Shown here piece after piece: positions 58,501 to 64,000 of a DNA stretch of 64,000 nt (position 1 is its first letter; each line of letters starts with the position of its first letter). The stretch comes from Eledone cirrhosa. Lineage: Eukaryota. The notes under the pieces were generated by a model. That model did no database searches. It was given only the letters and a program-made list of their open reading frames with translations, and was not told the DNA's origin. The DNA lies in the NCBI GenBank assembly GCA_964016885.1, contig OZ024754.1, positions 20,646,001 through 20,710,000 on the forward strand, in the 5' to 3' direction. Both the position numbers and the translations under genes were made by a program.

Positions 58501-61500
58501 ATAGACTCCCTCCCATATTACCCTTGGTATTAACATAGACTCCCTCCCATATTACCCTTAGTATTAACATAGAGACTCCCTCCCATATTAACATTGGTAT
58601 TAACATAGACTCCCGCCCATATTACCCTTGGTATTAACATAGACTCCCTCCAATATTAGACTTGGTATTAACATAGACTCCCTCCCATATTACCGTTGGT
58701 ATTAACATAGACTCCCTCCCATATTACCCTTGGTATTAACATAGACTCCTCCCATATTACCCTTGGTATTAACATAGACTCCCTCCCATATTAGCCTTGG
58801 TATTAATATAGAGACGCCGCCCCCCCCATTTTACCCTTGGTATTAACATAGACTCGCTCCCATATTACCCTTGGTATTAACATAGACTCCCTCCCATATT
58901 ACCCTTGGTATTAACATAGACTACCTCCCATATTACCCTTGGTATTAACATAGACTCCATCCCATATTACCCTTGGTATTAACATAGACTCCCTCACATA
59001 TTACAATTGGTGTTAACATAGACTCCCAACCATATTACCGTTGGTATTAACATAGGGACTCTCTCCCATATTAGCCTTGGTATTAAGATAGGGACTCCCT
59101 CCCATATTAGCCTTGGTATTAACATAGACTCCCTCCCATATTAGCCTTGGTATTTACATAGACTCCCTCCCATATTACCCTTGGTATTAACATAGACTCC
59201 CTCCCATATTACCCTTGGTATTAAAATAGGGACTCCCTCCCATATTACCCTTGGTATTAACATAGAGACTCCCTCCCATATTATCCTTGGTATTAACATA
59301 GACTCCCTGCCATATTACCCTTTGTATTAACATAGACTAACTCCCATATTACGCTGGGTCTTAACATAGACTCCCTCCCATATTAGACTTGGTATTAACA
59401 TAGACTCCCTCCCATATTACCCTTGGTATTAACATAGGGACTCCCTCCCATATTACCCTTGGTATTAACATAGAGACTCCCCCCCATATTACCCTTGGTA
59501 TTAATGTAGAGACTCCCTCCCATATTAACCTTGGTGTTAACATAGACTCCCTCCCATATTACCCTTGGTATTAACATAGGGACTCCCTCCCATATTAGCC
59601 TTGGTATTAACATAGGGACTCCCTCCCATATTAGCCTTGGTATTTACATAGACTCCCTCCCATATTACCCTTGGTATTAACATAGACTCCCTCCCATATT
59701 ACCCTTAGTATTAACATAGACTACCTGCCATATTACCCTTTGTATTAACATAGACTTCCTCCCATATTACCCTTGGTATTAACATAGGGACTCCCTCCCA
59801 TATTAGCCTTGGTATTAACATAGGGACTCCCTCCCATATTAACCTTGGTGTTAACATAGACTCCCTCCCATATTACCCTTGGTATTAACATAGGGACTCC
59901 CTCCCATATTAGCCTTGGTATTAACATAGAGACTCCCCCCCATATTACCCTTGGTATTAATATAGAGACTCCCTCCCATATTAACCTTGGTGTTAACATA
60001 GACTCCCTCCCATATTACCCTTGGTATTAACATAGGGACTCCCTCCCATATTAGCCTTGGTATTAACATAGGGACTCCCTCCCATATTAGACTTGGTATT
60101 AACATAGACTCCCTCCCATATTACCCTTGGTATTAACATAGACTCCTCCCATGTTACCCTTGGTATTAACATAGAGACTCCGCCCCCCATATTACCCTTG
60201 GTATTAACATAGACTCGCTCCCATATTACCCTTGGTATTAACATAGACTCCCTCCCATATTAGACTTGGTATTAACATAGACTCCCTTCCATATTACCCT
60301 TTGTATTAACATAGACTCCCTCCCATATTACCCTTGGTATTAACATAGACTCCATCCCATATTACCCTTGGTATTAACATAGACTCCCTCACATATTACA
60401 ATTGGTGTTAACATAGACTCCCAACCATATTACCGTTGGTATTAACATAGGGACTCTCTCCCATATTAGCCTTGGTATTAACATAGGGACTCCCTCCCAT
60501 ATTAGCCTTGGTATAAACATAGGGACTCCCTCCCATATTACCCTTGGTATTTACATAGACTCCCTCCCATATTACCCTTGGTATTAACATAGACTCCCTC
60601 CCATATTACCCTTGGTATTAACATAGACTCCCTGCCATATTACCCTTTGTATTAACATAGACCCCCTCCCATATTACCCATGGTATTAACATAGACTCCC
60701 TCCCATATTACCCTTGGTATTAACATAGACTCCCTCCCATATTACCCTTGGTATTAACATAGACTCCCTCCCATATTAGACTTGGTATTAACATAGACTC
60801 CCTCCCATATTACCCTTGGTATTAACATAGACTCCCTCCCATATTACCCTTGGTATTAACATAGACTCCTCCCATATTACCCTTGGTATTAACATAGACT
60901 CCCTCCCATATTAGCCTTGGTATTAATATAGAGACGCCGCCCCCCATTTTACCCTTGGTATTAACATAGACTCGTTCCCATATTACCCTTGGTATTAACA
61001 TAGACTCCCTCCCATATTACCCTTGGTATTAACATAGACTCCCTCCCATATTACCCTTAGTATTAACATAGAGACTCCCTCCCATATGAACATTGGTATT
61101 AACATAGACTCCCTCCCATATTACCCTTGGTATTAACATATACTCCCTCCCATATTACCCTTGGTTTTAACATAGGGACTTCCTCCCATATTACCCTTGG
61201 TATTAACATAGAGACTCCCCCCATATTACCCTTGGTATTAATGTAGAGACTCCCTCCCATATTAACCTTGGTGTTAACATAGACTCCCTCCCATATTACC
61301 CTTGGTATTAACATAGGGACTCCCTCCCATATTAGCCTTGGTATTAACATAGGGACTCCCTCCCATATTAGCCTTGGTATTTACATAGACTCCCTCCCAT
61401 ATTACCCTTGGTATTAACATAGACTCCCTCCCATATTACCCTTGGTATTAACATAGACTCACTGCCATATTACCCTTGGTATTAACATAGAGACTCCCTC

Positions 61501-64000
61501 CCATATTAACATTGGTATTAACATAGACTCCCTCCCATATTACCCTTGGTATTAACATAGACTCCCTCCCATATTAGACTTGGTATTAACATAGACTCCC
61601 TCCCATATTACCCTTGGTATTAACATAGACTCCCTCCCATATTACCCTTGGTATTAACATAGACTCCTCCCATATTACCCTTGGTATTAACATAGACTCC
61701 CTCCCATATTAGCCTTGGTATTAATATAGAGACTCCGCCCCCCATTTTACCCTTGTTATTAACATAGACTCGCTCCCATATTACCCTTGGTATTAACATA
61801 GACTCCCTCCCATATTACCCTTGGTATTAACATAGACTACCTCCCATATTACCCTGGGTCTTAACATCGACTCCCTCCCATATTAGACTTGGTATTAACA
61901 TAGACTCCCTGCCATATTACCCTTTGTATTAACATAGACTCCCTCCCATATTACCCTTGGTATTAACATAGGGACTCCCTCCATTATTACCCTTGGTATT
62001 AACATAGAGACTCCCCCCCATATTACCCTTGGTATTAATATAGAGACTCCCCCCCCCATATTACCCTTGGTATTAATATAGAGACTCCCTCCCATATTAA
62101 CCTTGGTGTTAACATAGACTCCCTCCCATATTACCCATGGTATTAACATAGAGACCGCCCCCCCATATTACCCTTGGTATTAACATAGACTCCCTCCCAT
62201 ATTACCCTTGGTATTAACATAGACTCCATTCCATATTACCCTTGGTATTAACATAGACTCCCTCACATATTACAATTGGTGTTTACATAGACTCCCTCCC
62301 ATATTACCGTTGGTATTAACATAGGGACTCCCTCCCATATTAGCCTTGGTATTAACATAGGGACTCCCTCCCATATTAGCCTTGGTAGTAACATAGCCTC
62401 CCTCCCATATTAGCCTTGGTATGTACATAGACTCCCTCCCATATTACCCTTGGTATTAACATAGACTCCCTCCCATATTACCCTTGGTATTAACATAGGG
62501 ACTCCCTCCCATATTACCCTTGGTATTAACATAGAGACTCCCCCCATATTACCCTTGGTATTAATGTAGAGACTCCCTCCCATATTAACCTTGGTGTTAA
62601 CATAGACTCCCTCCCATATTAGCCTTGGTATTAACATAGGGACTCCCTCCCATATTACCCTTGGTATTAACATAGGGACTCCCTCCCATATTACCCTTGG
62701 TATTAACATAGAGACCGCCCCCCCATATTACCCTTGGTATTAACATAGACTCCCTCCCATATTACCCTTGGTATTAACATAGACTCCATCCCATATTACC
62801 CTTGGTATTAACATAGACTCCCTCACATATTACAATTGGTGTTAACATAGACTCCCTCCCATATTACCGTTGGTATTATCATAGTGAATCTCTCCCATAT
62901 TAGCCTTGGTATTAACATAGGGACTCCCTCCCATATTAGCCTTGGTATTAACATAGACTCCCTCCCATATTAGCCTTGGTATTTACATAGACTCCCTCCC
63001 ATATTACCCTTGGTATTAACATAGACTCCTCCCATATTACACTTGGTATTAACATAGGGACTCCCTCCCATATTACCCTTGGTATTAACATAGAGACTCC
63101 CTCCCATATTATCCTTGGTATTAACATAGACTACCTCCCATATTACCCTGGATCTTAACATAGACTCCCTCCCATATTAGACTTGGTATTAACATAGACT
63201 CCCTCCCATATTACCCTTGGTATTAACATAGACTCCCTCCCATATTACCCTTGGTATTAACATAGGGACTCCCTCCCATATTAGCCTTGGTATTAACATA
63301 GACTCCCTCCCATATTACCCTTGGTATTAACATAGACTCCCTCCCATGTTAGCCTTGGTATTAACATAGAGTCCTTCCCATATTAGCCTTGGTATTAACA
63401 TAGACTCCCTCCCATATTAGGCTTGGTATTAACATAGACTCCCTCCCATATTAGCCTTGGTATAAACATAGACTCCCTCCCATATTACCCTTGGTATTAA
63501 CATAGACTCCCTCCCATATTACCCTTGGTATTACCATAGATTCCTCCCATATTACCCTTGGTATTAACAGACTCTCTCCCATATCAGCCTTGGTATTAAC
63601 ATAGAGAATCCGACCCCCATATTACCCTTGGTATTAACATAGACTCCCTCCCATATTACCCTTGGTATTAACATAGACTCCCTCCCATATTGCCCTTGGT
63701 ATTATCATAGACTCCCTCACATATTACCCTTGGTATTAACATAGACTCCCTCCCATATTACCCTTGGTATTAACATAGACTCCTCCCATATTACCCTTGG
63801 TATTAATATAGAGACTCCGCCCCCCATATTACCCTTGGTATTAACATAGACTCGCTCCCATATTACCCTTGGTATTAACATAGACTCCCTCCCATATTAC
63901 CCTTGGTATTAACATAGACTACCTCCCATATTACCCTGGGTCTTAACATAGACTCCCTCCCATATTAGACTTGGTATTAACAAAGACTCCCTGTCATATT
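52935..64000. repeat. ~7.0-kb-offset duplication: ~52935-56990 recurs at ~59915-64000 (truncated by window end)
   Basis: ORF offsets 6979 (53014/59993, 53429/60408, 54120/61099, 54916/61895). Markers TCATAGTGAATCTCT, GAGTCCTTCCC, TTAGGCTTGG, and CAAAGACTCCCTGTCAT (56967/63981, offset 7014). Confidence 0.92.

Larger units (their letters stand above)
1..64000. repeat. Tandem satellite array, 34-bp consensus monomer with common 36-bp variant; runs off both window ends
   Basis: Every line is the unit AACATAGACTCCCTCCCATATTACCCTTGGTATT or a variant with a few substitutions or small indels (GGGACT/GAGACT 36-mers, TTAGCC, TTAGAC, GACACC, TATCAT, TTTAC, GTGTT). Always the same orientation; no spacer or foreign sequence seen. 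Confidence 0.99.

Noticed and set aside
446-63161. Dozens of 60-99 aa minus-strand ORFs (MLIPRVIWEGV / YVNTKGNMGGS repeats)
   Set aside because: They are translations of the monomer. Two of three minus-strand frames lack stops. A 34-mer shifts the frame each unit until the LC-stop frame is reached, and runs of 36- and 35-mers merely delay this. There is no frame preservation, no unique coding sequence and no recognisable domain.
1-64000. CRISPR array (unit length 34-36 bp, weak dyad)
   Set aside because: Units abut directly with no unique spacers, no leader and no cas genes.
1-64000. Telomeric repeat (TTACCC / TTAGCC hexamers, C-rich strand)
   Set aside because: Only one such hexamer per monomer, never tandem, and neither equals CCCTAA or GCCTAA. 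A subtelomeric location cannot be excluded but is not shown.
1-64000. Diversity-generating or cassette-switching system encoded by variant monomers
   Set aside because: No recombinase, reverse transcriptase, expression site or template/variable pair is present. Ordinary mutation plus block duplication explains the pattern.
1-64000. TATA-like or -10-like promoter motifs (TATTAA, TATAAA, TAATAT)
   Set aside because: These are parts of the monomer repeated throughout with no downstream gene, so there is no support for promoter function.

Overview
The entire 64 kb is one uninterrupted, single-orientation, head-to-tail satellite DNA array. The consensus monomer is 34 bp (AACATAGACTCCCTCCCATATTACCCTTGGTATT; 41% GC, 11 C vs 3 G on the + strand). 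A frequent 36-bp form (AACATAGGGACT... or AACATAGAGACT...) and rarer 32-38 bp forms also occur, giving roughly 1,850 monomers by estimate. I see no genes, RNA genes, transposons, CRISPR spacers or unique sequence. All listed ORFs are translations of the monomer and are treated as artefacts. The informative structure is the order of variant monomers. It shows nested, irregular block duplications (offsets about 0.3, 0.56, 1.0, 2.2, 2.8, 2.9, 7.0, 7.3-7.5, 8.4-8.6 and 10.3 kb), two breakpoints resolvable to a single chimeric monomer, and three subfamily domains (about 1-34 kb, 34-49 kb, 49-64 kb) with stepwise allele changes. This looks like eukaryotic heterochromatic satellite, but I cannot name the organism, family or chromosomal location. 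I found no evidence for a novel protein- or RNA-based system. Block boundaries were read by eye and are approximate to about one monomer unless stated otherwise.
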